Assembly (NCBI GenBank): GCA_951406725.2
Contig: OX597817.1
Coordinates: 51,026,001 to 51,090,000 of the forward strand
Direction: 5' to 3'
Origin: Octopus vulgaris
Lineage: Eukaryota
DNA length: 64,000 nt
Both the position numbers and the translations under genes were made by a program. Positions 13,125 through 25,209 of this stretch are shown here, piece after piece; within the stretch, counting starts at the first letter, position 1; the number at the start of each line of letters is the position of its first letter. The notes below the pieces were generated by a model, which did not search any database, was not told the DNA's origin, and worked only from the letters and a program-made list of their open reading frames with translations.

Positions 13125-13340
13125 AGGCGGTGAGCTGACAGAAACATTACACACCGGGCGAAATGCTTAGGGGCAGTTTGTCTGTCTCTACGTTCTGAGT
13201 TCAAATTCCACCGAGGTCGACTTTCCCTTTCATCCTTTTGGGGTCGATAAATTATGTACCAGTTGCATTCTGGAGTCGATCTAATCGACTGAGCCCCTCA
13301 CCACCAAAAATTTCGGGCCGCGTGCCAAGAGTAGAAAAGA
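13125..13340 (+). mobile_element. SINE family B monomer
   Basis: aggcggtgagctgacagaaac...gagttcaaattccaccgaggtcgac with the alternative tail. Confidence 0.85.
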
Positions 13341-13741
13341 AAGGTATATAACTCGACGTACCGTTATATGTTGTTGATAAAAAAAAGTCACGTGACAAAG
13401 TGAAATGCTGAATTTACCACTCTTTCAAGATCTACATTGACCATTTTACTATTCTCTTCTATTTTACTGTTAGCAGCTTCACTCCTTGTTCTTTATGAGC
13501 GCTGTTAATATTGATGTTCTCATGAAATATCTTGCTATTCATCCATTCATGCGCATAAATTCATTGATACAAATATATACATAGAAACACACATATATAT
13601 ATATATTAATATACACGCTCACACGTATATCTATATCTGGATATATAAAACTCAACTAGTGTATCTATGTGTGTGTCTGTGTGTTTAACTTTTGGAGCTA
13701 CCAAATTTCATTATTAAGGATGGAAAGTAGTGTGTAGCAAA

Positions 13742-14129
13742 TCTCTATATATAAAGCTGAAGTTGTCTGTGTGTGGCAGGTTTGGTAGCCTTCAACTAAC
13801 ACTATCTCCTTCGAGACCCTGCAGCGAAAGTTGACCAAAATTGAGAGTATGATAGAAGAAGGCTTGCTCTTTATTCTGTAGAACATAAATTCAAATCGGA
13901 CCATGTTAACACCAAAGATTATTTACATCAAAAAGGTGCTTTTTTTCTGTGAAAATCCCTATTTTTTACGATTTTTGACTGCCGTATCACCATCTTTCGG
14001 TGTATTTCAACTGGAAAAATGTTCACTTGAAGAGAATAACAAGTTGCATAATGCACAATTTTTATTTTTCAAAAGTTCCAATTCTAAAGGGTCGAAACAA
14101 ACCCAAGCAACACCGTGTGATACTGCTAG
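13742..14129 (+). mobile_element. Non-autonomous Helitron (~390 bp)
   Basis: 5' A|TC (atctctatatataaag), 3' imperfect hairpin cccaagcaacaccgtg then tactgCTAG|T; sits between A and T with no TSD. Confidence 0.75.
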
Positions 14130-14304
14130 TGTATGTATGTATATCTATATATATATATATATATATGTATACCGTATGTTGTGCTTGTGATGGTGACTGT
14201 GTGTGTGTATGTTTGTGCATGTGCTTGTGTTTGTGTAAGAAATAAGGAATAAACAAGGAAGATGTGATATAATTTTAGAACAATCTAAATTAATAATTTA
14301 AGCA

Positions 14305-14660
14305 ATAGGCACAGGAGCGGCTGTCTGGTAAGTAGATGCTTTCCAACTACATGGTTCAGGGTTCAGTCCCATTGTGTGACACCTTGGGCAAGTGACTTCT
14401 TCAAATAGCCTGGAGCTGACCAAAGCCTTCTATGGGGATTTGATAGACGGAAACTGAAAGAAGGCCGTCGTATGTGTATATATGTATGTGCGCGTGTGTA
14501 TGTATGTTAGTGTCTGTATTTGTTCCCCCATACCATCGTTTGACAACCGATGTTGGTGTGCTTACGTCCCCGTAACTTAGCGGTTCGGCAAAAGACACCG
14601 ATAGTATAAGTATTAGGCTTACAAAGATTAAGTCCTTGGGTCGACTTGTTCGACGAAAGG
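14305..14660 (+). mobile_element. SINE family A
   Basis: taggcacaggagcggctgtctggtaagtag...ggttcagtccc head, internal TG/TA tract, 3' half truncated. Confidence 0.85.
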
Positions 14661-14903
14661 TGGATAAGCTGTTTCCAAAACGGTTATTGCACACTCTCTA
14701 CACAGTTTATTATATTATAGTTTATCTCGTAAAACGCACATAAAACCATAAATAACAGCCTGCAAATTTGGAGCAAAATATTTCGAAGGCGGCGTGTGGG
14801 ATTTGAATCCTCATCTGTAGACATGGCAGATATTCAGCCATTGGACCAAAACAATCGAATTTCTTTATCTATAGATATGTATAGAGCCATGGTCAGATAT
14901 ACG

Positions 14904-14904
<1 letters not shown>

Positions 14905-14961
<57 letters not shown>

Positions 14962-15150
14962 AAGAAAAGGGTATATAGATAGTTAAATATATATATAGAT
15001 AGATAGACAGACAGATAGATATACATGTGGACCGTCAGCCATACAGATGGACAGATAGATAAACAGATAGACAGACAGACAGATAGATAGATAGATTGAT
15101 AGATAGACAGATAGACAGACAAACAGTTAACAGATGGATTGATTGATTGA
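14905..15150. repeat. (GATA)n/(GACA)n microsatellite
   Basis: Directly visible. Confidence 0.95.
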
Positions 15151-15670
15151 TAGAATAAGAAATTTTTAGAGTGACACCTGGCTCGCTAGATGAATAAATA
15201 CTTAGCTAGATATGTTATTAAATTTTGGATACAACATTTCGTTTTAGTGTGTCCGTTTAAATTACATGCCAAGATTTTATTCAACCGATTTAATGTTGCT
15301 TTCTGTCTTACTTGGCGAAAGGCCACATATGATGTTTGAGGCGGGGGAGTCGATTTGATCGATCATCACACTAGAGTGACACTTAGTGTATCGATTACAA
15401 AAGGAGACAACTAATAGTCGACTTCTGATTAATAGCTGGAAACAAGAATTCACACATTTAGCAGCATTGTTCGCAACCAAGAGACTTAAGCATTAATGGC
15501 GGAGCCAGACTTGTCGTAAACATGTAGTTAGGAATATGTACAGCTTACTGATGTGAATAAAACCAGCGTAGTTGTTTTATACTTACCGTGTGATTCTTTA
15601 TCAGATTCGAAATATTGGTGTCGAGAATTTCCATGGTTTGGTAAAATTTATAGGAATCGTGAACTTCATA

Positions 15671-16104
15671 TAGGCGTAGGAGTGGCTGTGCGGTAAGTAG
15701 CTTGCTTATGAACCAGATGGTTCGGGTTCAGTCCCACTGCGTGTCACCTTGGGCAAGTGTCTTCATCTATAGCCTCGGGCCGACCAAAGTCTTGAGAGTG
15801 GATTTGATAGACGGAAACTGAAAGAAGCCCATCGTATATATGTATACATATATGTGTGTATGTGTGTGTGTGTGTGTGTGTATGTGTCTGTGTTTGTACT
15901 CCGACAACATCGTTTGACAACCGATGCTGGTGTGTTTACGTTCCCCGTAACATAGCGGTTCGGCAAAAGAGACCGATAGAATAAGTACTAGGCTTACAAA
16001 GAATACGTGCCACGGTCGATTTGCTCGACTAAGCAGTGGTGCTCCAGCATGGGCCACAGTGTCAAATGACTGAAAAAAGTAAATGAGTAAAGAATAAAAG
16101 AGTG
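15671..16104 (+). mobile_element. SINE family A, full length
   Basis: Head, internal microsatellite, and tail ggtgctccagcatgggccacagtgtcaaatgactgaaa followed by short (taaaagag)-type repeats. Confidence 0.9.
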
Positions 16105-16888
16105 TATTGCACCACAGTTCTCTTGAAACTGGCAAAAATGTTTCATATGCAAGACTCTATGTGGCTACATACAGCATAGTATGATCACAGGTCGGTATAT
16201 CGTGTCTGCTCCAAAAGGAAAAGGATGGTTGGTGGTATCATTATAAAAGATCACTGAAATTGGGTTGAATGATTCCAAAATACTAGATCGATTCATTTGA
16301 AAAAAAATGTTGATTACTAATGTCATAAATGAATGTATAAATTACATCGATTACAAAGTGCGTGTATATAGTGTGTGTCTGTGTGTGTATAAGTATATTT
16401 ATATATATATATGTATGTGTGTGATGTTGACGTGATAGGAATTTTACAAAGTTTTGAGAGAAGGTGAACTTTTTTCTTTAGAAATAATCGATCTCCAAGC
16501 ATACGTAACGCTATAAATAACAGCCCGTAAATACTAGGATATGTAGGTTCCTGTCCCATGGACAGGTTTTGACTTTTTCTATCCAAAGGAAGTTTCCAAC
16601 CCAATATTTGCATGGCAATAATGTGCTTCGGGAGCCACTAATCCGAAACAGATACAGGCATACAAGCGTGCGTACATACATACATGCGTACATACATATA
16701 TACATACATACATGCATGCATGCATACATACATACATACATACATACATACATACATACATACATACATACATACATACATACATACATACATACATAAA
16801 AAGGTGTAACGAAAGCGCTCAGAAACTAGAAAAAAACTTCCTCCCACAAAAGGTTAGTAACTTTCTCATAACAGATTTCATAACATTA

Positions 16889-16921
<33 letters not shown>

Positions 16922-17013
16922 TATGGATGTATGTATGAATGTATGTATATATATATATGTATGTATGTATGTATATATGTATGCATGTATATATATATAT
17001 ATATATGTATGTG

Positions 17014-17067
<54 letters not shown>

Positions 17068-17280
17068 TATGTATGTATATCTATATATATATATATAAAT
17101 ATATATATATATACATATATGTATGTATATCTATATATATATATATATAAATATATATATATACATATATGTATGTATGTATATGTATAGAATAACTTAG
17201 AATAACTTAGAAAGGTTTTTGGCCAGTATTGGCCCAGGCCATGTCTAACTTAATAGCACCACCTGGCGAAGTCTTTCAGT

Positions 17281-20200
17281 TCAGGATTTGGGCACCAAGG
17301 CCCATTCGAGCAGAGAGTTATTGTTTGCGGAGACATATCCGGGTGTGGATGGTTTGTCCGGTACTGTTTGAAGGAATTTGTCCAAAGACTTCTTGAATTT
17401 TGTGTGGTCAGTTTCTTTTTTGACGTGTCCTGGTGTAATGTTGAAGAGAGCGGGTCCAATTGAGGTGAAATAGTTGTGCCGTATTGTCGTTATGTGATGC
17501 GATTTAGATTTTTGTTGTGGACGGATGGCACGTGGTCCAAGCCTTGGATGCATTTTGAAGGTGATGCCAACATCATTCGGACAGTGCTGATGGAATATTT
17601 TCCACATCATACAGATAATGTAGCGTTCACGGCGTCGTTGGAGTGAATACAATTTCAGCTTCTCTAGTCTACCCCAGTAGTCAAGGTCTGACATGCCATC
17701 TATCTTTTTTGTGATTGACCTTTGGGGAGCTTCAATTCTCATAATATTTTGTTTTGTGTAGGGAGACCACAGTGGACAGCAGTATTCAAGGTGGGGTCGG
17801 GCAAAAGTGGAGAAGAGAAGGATAATAGCGTGGGAATCTCTCGACTGGAAGGTTCTGAGAATCCAGGAACACATTCTGCGGGCCATGTCAACTTTGCTGC
17901 TTATATGTGTAGCCCAGCTTATGTTGTTGTCCACTGTTACTCCCAGGTCTCTGATGTTGTTGGATGCCATGAGAATTTCTCCAGAAGGAAGAGAGTATGG
18001 GAGTTTCAGAGCGTCCTCCCTTCCAAAGTGGATCAGTTCGAATTTGTCTTCATTTAGCAACATGTTATTCTTTTCCGCCCATTGGACAACAGCTAGTAGG
18101 TCTGACTGAAGGTTTATTCGGTCATCCACGCCATTGATGACCTTCTGGAGCATGGAATCATCAGCGAAGGTTCTGATGTTGCTGTGTTTGATGGTGTCAG
18201 TAATATCATTTATGTAGATGATGAAGAGAAGTGGGCCCAACACAGTGCCTTGTGGGACACCACTGCTGACTTTGGCTGGGCTGGATTTGACTCCTTCGAC
18301 TACAACATGTTGGGTTCTGTTAGAGAGGAAGCACTTGATCCATTGCAGCAGCTTTCCAGTGACACCAATATTGGACAGCTTTCTCAGAAGGATCTTATGA
18401 TCAACCCTGTCAAAGGCCTTGCTGAAATCAAGGTAGATGACATCAGTGTTGGAACCCTCTCCCAAGGCTCTCAAAATGTCATCAAAATGATGCAGTAGCT
18501 GCGTCAGGCAATCTCTCCCATTACGGAATCCATGCTGGTTGGGGTTCAGCATATTATGACTCTCAAGGAAGTGAGTCATACGCGATCTCAGCACCCTCTC
18601 AAATACCTTGATGATATGAGAGGTGAGTGAGATTGGACGGTAATTCACGGCAAGCGATTTGTTTCCTTTTTTGAAAACTGGGACAACAGACTGGGATAGA
18701 AGGTCTTCTGGTATATATCCAGCATCCAATGAGTTCCGCCACAGATTGGCTAGAGGGGGTGCAAGTTGGTTTTGACACATCTTCAAGACACAAGCAGGGA
18801 ACCTATCGGGACCTACTGCTGAATTATGCTTCATTTCCTTTATTGCTGCTAAGACATCAGGAGCGCCAAATGTTATGTCCGATAAAGTGTATTGGGGAGT
18901 AACATCACTGATACAGCCCAGATCAGTCATATCAGGATTGCTGAAAACAGAGCAATATTGTTTCTGCAATATTTCTCCCATGGTTTTGGCATTGTCTTGA
19001 AGAATACCATTTTCATCAATCAGAGGGCCAACAGTAGAACCAGTGACTCTGTGTTTTTTTGCAAATGAAAAGAACACTTTGGGATTGAGTTTGATCTTCT
19101 CAATGGCCCAGGCCTCTTCAGCTCTTCGCTGACTATTGATGATAGACATCATGTTGTTTTGGAGTTTATGTTTTTTAATCTCTAGCGACGAGATGGCAGT
19201 CAGGTTGGTGTGTTGCTGTTGACAGTATTTCAGCATGTTGATCTTTTTGTTGATTCTTTTAATTTTCCTTATGAGAGATTTTCTATTTCTAGGGATTCGA
19301 CACTTAGATTTGTTTGCAGATCTTAATGGGGTGTGTCTTGCACATATGTTCGTGATGGTGTCTACAAGTGACTGCCAGGACTTTTTGATGTTAGTGGGTG
19401 TGTATGTGTGCGCGAAGGACCAATCGACTTGTGCAAGATCATTATTGATCGCTTCCCAGTTTGCATTGTGGAAATCCATAGTGTCAAATGGATGAACAGG
19501 AGGGATGACATTTGTTTTGCATTTTGGCCAGTGAAATCTCAGATCACAGAGAACCATGTCATGGTCGGAGAGTAGGGTTTTCTCCACTGCAATATTGTGG
19601 ATAGTATCAGTGTGATTGCTGAAAATTAAGTCTAAGACGTTTTTGTGACATCTCGTTGGTTCGAGTACCAGTTGGGACAAGAAGAAGTCATCCATGAAGT
19701 CAAGAAGCGATTCCACTGCCTCCCTGTCAGGGGTTGAGAGAGAAGAACCTGGCGGCAGACTGTTTGTAGACCAGTCAACCCCGGGAAGGTTGAAATCTCC
19801 CATCATTAAAATGTTGTCAGGTTGACACTGCTGAATGAAACACTTTATGCTGTTGAGGCATTCCTTGAAGCATGGTAGGGGCGTTTGGGGTGGTCTGTAG
19901 AGCCCAACTACTATTAAGTTGTTGGTTTGACTGAATACAGCGACTGCTTCGCAGTATCCATTCGAAAATATGTTCATGGCTTCTGTTGAGAATGAATCAT
20001 GGACATAAATGGCAGTCCCACCCTTTCTTCTGCCAACACGATCAGCACGAATGGTTTTGAAATTTTTAACTTTCACCTCGGCTTCCAAGTGGAGGTCACT
20101 AAGATGGGTTTCAGTGAGGACGAAGAAAGGGATGTGGTTTGGATGGGCCTCGACCCAGTCCTCCAGGAATCTTATCTTCCATTTTTGTGTATTGGTGGAA

Positions 20201-20298
20201 GGGCTGATGCCTTGGGCATTAAGCAGAAATGTTGAGGCGAGAGTGGATGGTTTTAATTGTTTTGGTGATTTGTTAATTTGATTGCTTTTTAATGGCAT
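17281..20298 (-). CDS. LINE ORF2: apurinic-like endonuclease + reverse transcriptase (1005 aa)
   Basis: APE motifs LNAQG, LTETHL, YRPP, GDFN, LDLIF, SDH; RT motifs NYRPISLTS, QHGFR, YLDFSKAFD, GVPQGTVLGPLLF, FADD, DLGV; C-terminal RPHLEYCCPLWSP typical of the CR1/L2 group. No internal stops. Confidence 0.97.
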   Translation of the reverse strand: MPLKSNQINKSPKQLKPSTLASTFLLNAQGISPSTNTQKWKIRFLEDWVEAHPNHIPFFVLTETHLSDLHLEAEVKVKNFKTIRADRVGRRKGGTAIYVHDSFSTEAMNIFSNGYCEAVAVFSQTNNLIVVGLYRPPQTPLPCFKECLNSIKCFIQQCQPDNILMMGDFNLPGVDWSTNSLPPGSSLSTPDREAVESLLDFMDDFFLSQLVLEPTRCHKNVLDLIFSNHTDTIHNIAVEKTLLSDHDMVLCDLRFHWPKCKTNVIPPVHPFDTMDFHNANWEAINNDLAQVDWSFAHTYTPTNIKKSWQSLVDTITNICARHTPLRSANKSKCRIPRNRKSLIRKIKRINKKINMLKYCQQQHTNLTAISSLEIKKHKLQNNMMSIINSQRRAEEAWAIEKIKLNPKVFFSFAKKHRVTGSTVGPLIDENGILQDNAKTMGEILQKQYCSVFSNPDMTDLGCISDVTPQYTLSDITFGAPDVLAAIKEMKHNSAVGPDRFPACVLKMCQNQLAPPLANLWRNSLDAGYIPEDLLSQSVVPVFKKGNKSLAVNYRPISLTSHIIKVFERVLRSRMTHFLESHNMLNPNQHGFRNGRDCLTQLLHHFDDILRALGEGSNTDVIYLDFSKAFDRVDHKILLRKLSNIGVTGKLLQWIKCFLSNRTQHVVVEGVKSSPAKVSSGVPQGTVLGPLLFIIYINDITDTIKHSNIRTFADDSMLQKVINGVDDRINLQSDLLAVVQWAEKNNMLLNEDKFELIHFGREDALKLPYSLPSGEILMASNNIRDLGVTVDNNISWATHISSKVDMARRMCSWILRTFQSRDSHAIILLFSTFARPHLEYCCPLWSPYTKQNIMRIEAPQRSITKKIDGMSDLDYWGRLEKLKLYSLQRRRERYIICMMWKIFHQHCPNDVGITFKMHPRLGPRAIRPQQKSKSHHITTIRHNYFTSIGPALFNITPGHVKKETDHTKFKKSLDKFLQTVPDKPSTPGYVSANNNSLLEWALVPKS

Positions 20299-20380
20299 GT
20301 ATAGTGGGGTAATAGTGGTGGATGGCGGTGGGTGATAGCTCGGATGTTTTTTTCCAGTTCTTTTGCTAGATTCATTATAG

Positions 20381-21520
20381 CTAAAAAAGTGGAAGAAGAG
20401 GTGGTTTCCTGTCTAGGGAACCGCAGTGACTGTGGCCGCGGCTATTTTTATGTGAGTGGTTATCTTTAAATGTCCGACGAGTCCCCGGGAGATGGGTAAA
20501 GGGGCAATCCCTGTGCAAACACAATCTGTCTCGCTGGGAATAGCGGCAGATTTGGGGATTCCTTGTTTGAGATATTGGTGGTTGTGGTGATGTTGTATTA
20601 TGGTGGTTGCTGTTGTAGTTTGTGGGGATAGAGCGTTTTGTTCCAGGTAAATGGGTGAATTTGCAGTCTCTATCAGTGCACAGTCTATGGCGAAGAGAAT
20701 ATCGGCAAATGATGGGGTTTCGAGTGGGTGTGTAGGTGCGTGTGTGTGTGTGAGCTGTGAAAGGTGTAGATGATAGTTTGAAGTTTTGGCGACCTTTGTG
20801 ACCTGTAGGAGGTAAATTCCTTGAGATAGCATTAGTAGTAGTAGCTGTAGTAGTAGTAGTAGTAGGTAGAAGAGATGTTGACGGTGGTAATGATTGAGGA
20901 GGTCGATTCCAAGACAAAGATGTTTGTCGATATATAGTGGGAGTAGTACTAGTAGTAGTAAGCAGAGGAGATGGTGTTGACAATGATGATGATTGAGCTG
21001 CTGGGGCAGTGAAAGGAAGGGGTGGTGCTTCCTGCTGTGTGACCCTGATGACTGGGGGGTCAATCGTTTCATTTAGCAAATCGGCCATTGTAGATGAATC
21101 AAGGAGTGGTTCATCCTGTTGTTGTTGTTGAGGTTGTTGTTGTTGCCTCTGAGGTTGTTGCTGCTGAAGTTGTTGTTGTTGCTGTAACTGTTGTTGTTGT
21201 TGTTGTTGTTGTTGCCGCTGAGTTTGTTGTTGTTGAGGTTGTTGTTGTTGTTGTTGCGCCGGTGATGCGTTCGAAGAGAAAACACATCTCAGTTTATCGA
21301 AGTGTTTATTTATTAATTTAAAAGCAACTTCGATTTGTTTTAATTTATTTTGGATCTGCTGTTCAGATCGAGTTTGCAAATGGTGAACTGTTCGTTTAGC
21401 AATTTCGTTCAGACACGAAGCACCTATGCTCTCTGTTTCGGTAAGGCCATGCCATGTGTTGATAAGAACGTCGACTTCATTATCAGACCAGTTTTTGTTG
21501 GATTTTTGGTGGCTAGCCAT
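20381..21520 (-). CDS. LINE ORF1: Myb/SANT-like N-terminus, polyQ, Thr/Pro linker, two CCCH zinc fingers (379 aa)
   Basis: WSDNEVDVLI...EIAK...RSEQQIQNKLKQIEVAFK; Q-rich tract 21117-21255; CRYSLRHRLCTDRDCKFTH and CRYSQRDRLCLHRDCPFTH (C-x8-C-x4-C-x3-H). Directly upstream of ORF2 on the same strand. Confidence 0.85.
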   Translation of the reverse strand: MASHQKSNKNWSDNEVDVLINTWHGLTETESIGASCLNEIAKRTVHHLQTRSEQQIQNKLKQIEVAFKLINKHFDKLRCVFSSNASPAQQQQQQPQQQQTQRQQQQQQQQQLQQQQQLQQQQPQRQQQQPQQQQQDEPLLDSSTMADLLNETIDPPVIRVTQQEAPPLPFTAPAAQSSSLSTPSPLLTTTSTTPTIYRQTSLSWNRPPQSLPPSTSLLPTTTTTTATTTNAISRNLPPTGHKGRQNFKLSSTPFTAHTHTRTYTPTRNPIICRYSLRHRLCTDRDCKFTHLPGTKRSIPTNYNSNHHNTTSPQPPISQTRNPQICRYSQRDRLCLHRDCPFTHLPGTRRTFKDNHSHKNSRGHSHCGSLDRKPPLLPLF

Positions 21521-21975
21521 TCTGGTTGATATGTTTTATTAAATTTTATTTTGTTCGTTCGTTTTGTTGATTACTTTTAATTATTATTATTATTATTATT
21601 TTTTTTTTTTTAAGGAGAAGTATGTAGAATTGATTGTACAGAATGTTTGTTGTAATACTGAGAAGTTTGTATTTGAATTATGAGCTTGTAGTTATTTTAT
21701 CTTTCTTTTCTTTTTTTTTCCCCTCTTTTTCTAATTTTTAATGTGTGGGTGATCCTTTAGTTATCAGAAGGTGTTTGAAAATATTTGGTCGTTTGAAAAT
21801 TATGAAAATAATTTGTGGTTAAGGAAAAGTCTACTCACGAGTTGGGAAAAAGCGTGGTTTCAAATATACAGGAATATATGTGATGGTCAATTACGACGAA
21901 TGTAGCTGTGAAGCTTGCTGCTGACCGGCGCAGAGAGGAGTAAAAACACGTCTTATCGTCTCAGCTTACAATGAC

Positions 21976-22614
<639 letters not shown>

Positions 22615-23560
22615 CACAATACATATTTATCATATATTTATATGCTAAAGATGTACCCCATCAATCATCACTTACCCACATTATGGAAAGTGAATGACAC
22701 TTTCTTTTCTATCGAAGTAGGTCCAATGACCCATTTAATGAAATACGAAGGACCTGAATAGCGATGAACCACATAATGAAATATCAATGACTCATGTCGC
22801 TAAATACCATAGTGTGTCGTATCACTATTTAGATGTAAGAGCAATGAAACAGCTCGAGACCTTGTAATGTATCTCAGGCCATTAATTTTGCCATAATCTG
22901 TTTCTCTTTCTCCCGGGTGGGGAGGATGGATACACACGTCAACGATAAACTAATTACATGCCGAAAGCGACCGGATGCTACATTGTGATACGGCATATTG
23001 GCTAAGTGAAAATAGGCTAGACGATAGAGTGTTACATTTCCGAATTGCATACGGTATTCAAGTCATTCATCTTTCAGATAATTGATTGTCGTTTGGTGGA
23101 TAATTACTTCACGTTCTTGCATCATGATAAATGAAGGCGGGTATCGATATGTTAGGGTGTTTCCACTCACAAGGATCGTGGTTTCGCTTCTCGAAACGGG
23201 TGGTAGGTTTTTTTTTTTTTTGGTTTTTGCTTTTTTTTCTACTAAAACACCTGCTTTCTAGTTGCTTCACTCCATTCAGCTCTAAATGAGTAATCCTGTT
23301 CCGTTCTGAGAATATGTTGCGCTCTTGGTTATGTTTGCGCAATGGAAACCGGTTAACCAGTACTACGGTCCTTCGGAATCGAGAGATTACGCCCCAGGGT
23401 TGATTACGATGATGACATCATGGCAAAATAGCATCTGTAATATCGAGGAATCTATCTAAGGTTTGCTCCTTTTATGCAATTTCTGTTCGAGGATAAAACA
23501 CCAAGAAGACCGCAGTTTCTGATCTCCGTACTAAAAGAAATATCCATCATTTCGAATTTA

Positions 23561-24177
23561 CCATAAATCTTTGAGTATAGTCCGCCCTTGAGTATAATAT
23601 GCAGAGGATTTTTAGGGGGCTGTACCCCTGCAAAACCTAAACCTTGTGTATAATACGCACCCCTACTCGAGCTTGATTCAAGGAGGTCTATATAACGTCC
23701 TTGGTTTGTAAAACTGTATACGGTAACGACCTTTATTATTATTGTATATATAACATAATGCAAACGTGTAGCACAATTCGTGCGTAATTAAGCCAGCAGC
23801 ACTTAGTCTAAAAAGCAATTCCGCGCATGCGTAATACAATAATGGTGATGTTCTTAACTGTTATATGGGAACGTAAATATATTTGGAAAATGTTACCTGT
23901 TATTCTGTGTTCTGCATACTTTTATTTTAATAGATGTTGCTTACTGCAAGTTATGGATGATTCTGTTATGACTTCATTGCATTCAGGCTTAGCTTAAGGT
24001 ATTTTCGAGCCCGACATCACAAAATGCGCCTGAATAAACATTGCCGGACAGCAAACAGAGACTCGGACATTACTTAGAAAATATCTTTTTATTTTTAACC
24101 TCGTATATAGTACGCACTAAGGATGTTGACTTCAAAATTTTGAGAAAAAATTGCAGATTATACTCGGGGATTTACGG
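23561..24177. mobile_element. Tc1/mariner-superfamily (pogo/Tc2-like) non-autonomous element
   Basis: TA|ccataaatctttgagtatagtccgc ... gcagattatactcggggatttacgg|TA: ~25-bp imperfect TIRs, TA duplication, subterminal tata(a/g)tacgcac repeats. Confidence 0.8.
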
Positions 24178-24957
24178 TATATCCTCCTACTTCTAATTTA
24201 CATTCTGCTATTTCAACAGCCACAATTACTTATTCTACCTGTGGTTAATGTTTTCTCATAAATATATATTTGAAAGTGGTTGGGGAATTATGTTTTAGAA
24301 TAAAAACTTAATTTTGACTAGAATTTTAGACACAAGAATAACAGGCGTCATAACAATTGCGAAATTATAAACACATGGCGTTATTGTTCTGTTTCGGCTG
24401 AATAAAAAGCGAGTAAAATTATAATATCTAAATTGGAGCATATTAGCTGTTTGAACAATATATGAGGTCGACATACTTTTAGCATCTCCTGCTGCTTGAA
24501 ATAGAATATTTTGAAATTTACGGTCGATATGGCAATTATTATCATTAATATAGTTAAAAGAACGATATTTTTAAGAATGGAGATGCGAGGGTGATGCTGT
24601 GCAATATTTGTTGTGGAATAGAATATGAGATTTTAATGTAATTGTTCAATATTTCGTAATAATTGGGTTATAAAAGGAGAATAGTTAATAAGTGTGTAAT
24701 CACACAGACAAACCCACAGACGCGACACACCCACAAGCGCCCATACACAAACATACATATATTTGCGATTTTAAAAAACTCTTCAGAAGCTCTCTTGATA
24801 CGGTAACAGAATTTTGTGAAAGGATTTTCTTAAATCAAAACTTGATTATATTATTAAAAAAATTGAATTATTATTTTATATAATCATTTTTATATTTGGC
24901 GACAGTCATTTTGGGCCAAATACATAAATATAATTTATATAATTAATAATTATCAAA

Positions 24958-25209
24958 GTGTGGAGGAGCGTGGCTTAATGGTTAGAGTGTCAGATTCATG
25001 ATCGTAAGATTGTGGTTTCGATTTCTGGACCGAGCGACGCGCTGTGTTCTTGAGCAAAGCACTTCATTTCACGTTGCTCCAGTCCACTCAGCTGGCAAAA
25101 ATGAGTAACGCTGCGATGGACTGGCGTCCCATCCAGCTGGGGAACACATACGTCATTGAAACCGGGAAACCAGGCCCATGAACATGGCTAGGCTTTAAAA
25201 GGGCGCATT
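24958..25209 (+). mobile_element. SINE family D with V-domain-like tail
   Basis: gtggaggagcgtggcttaatggttag..ggtttcgatttc head; tgtgttcttgagcaaagcacttcatttcacgttgctccagtcc body; tail ctgcgatggactggcgtcccatccag. Confidence 0.85.

Larger units (their letters stand above)
17188..21975 (-). mobile_element. Apparently full-length CR1/L2-group LINE (~4.8 kb)
   Basis: ~450-nt 5'UTR, ORF1, ORF2, short 3'UTR ending in (TTCTAAGTTA)x2; TA/TATG microsatellite on both flanks. Confidence 0.92.

Noticed and set aside
17722-20281. Plus-strand ORFs overlapping ORF2
   Set aside because: Antisense shadows of the LINE coding sequence.
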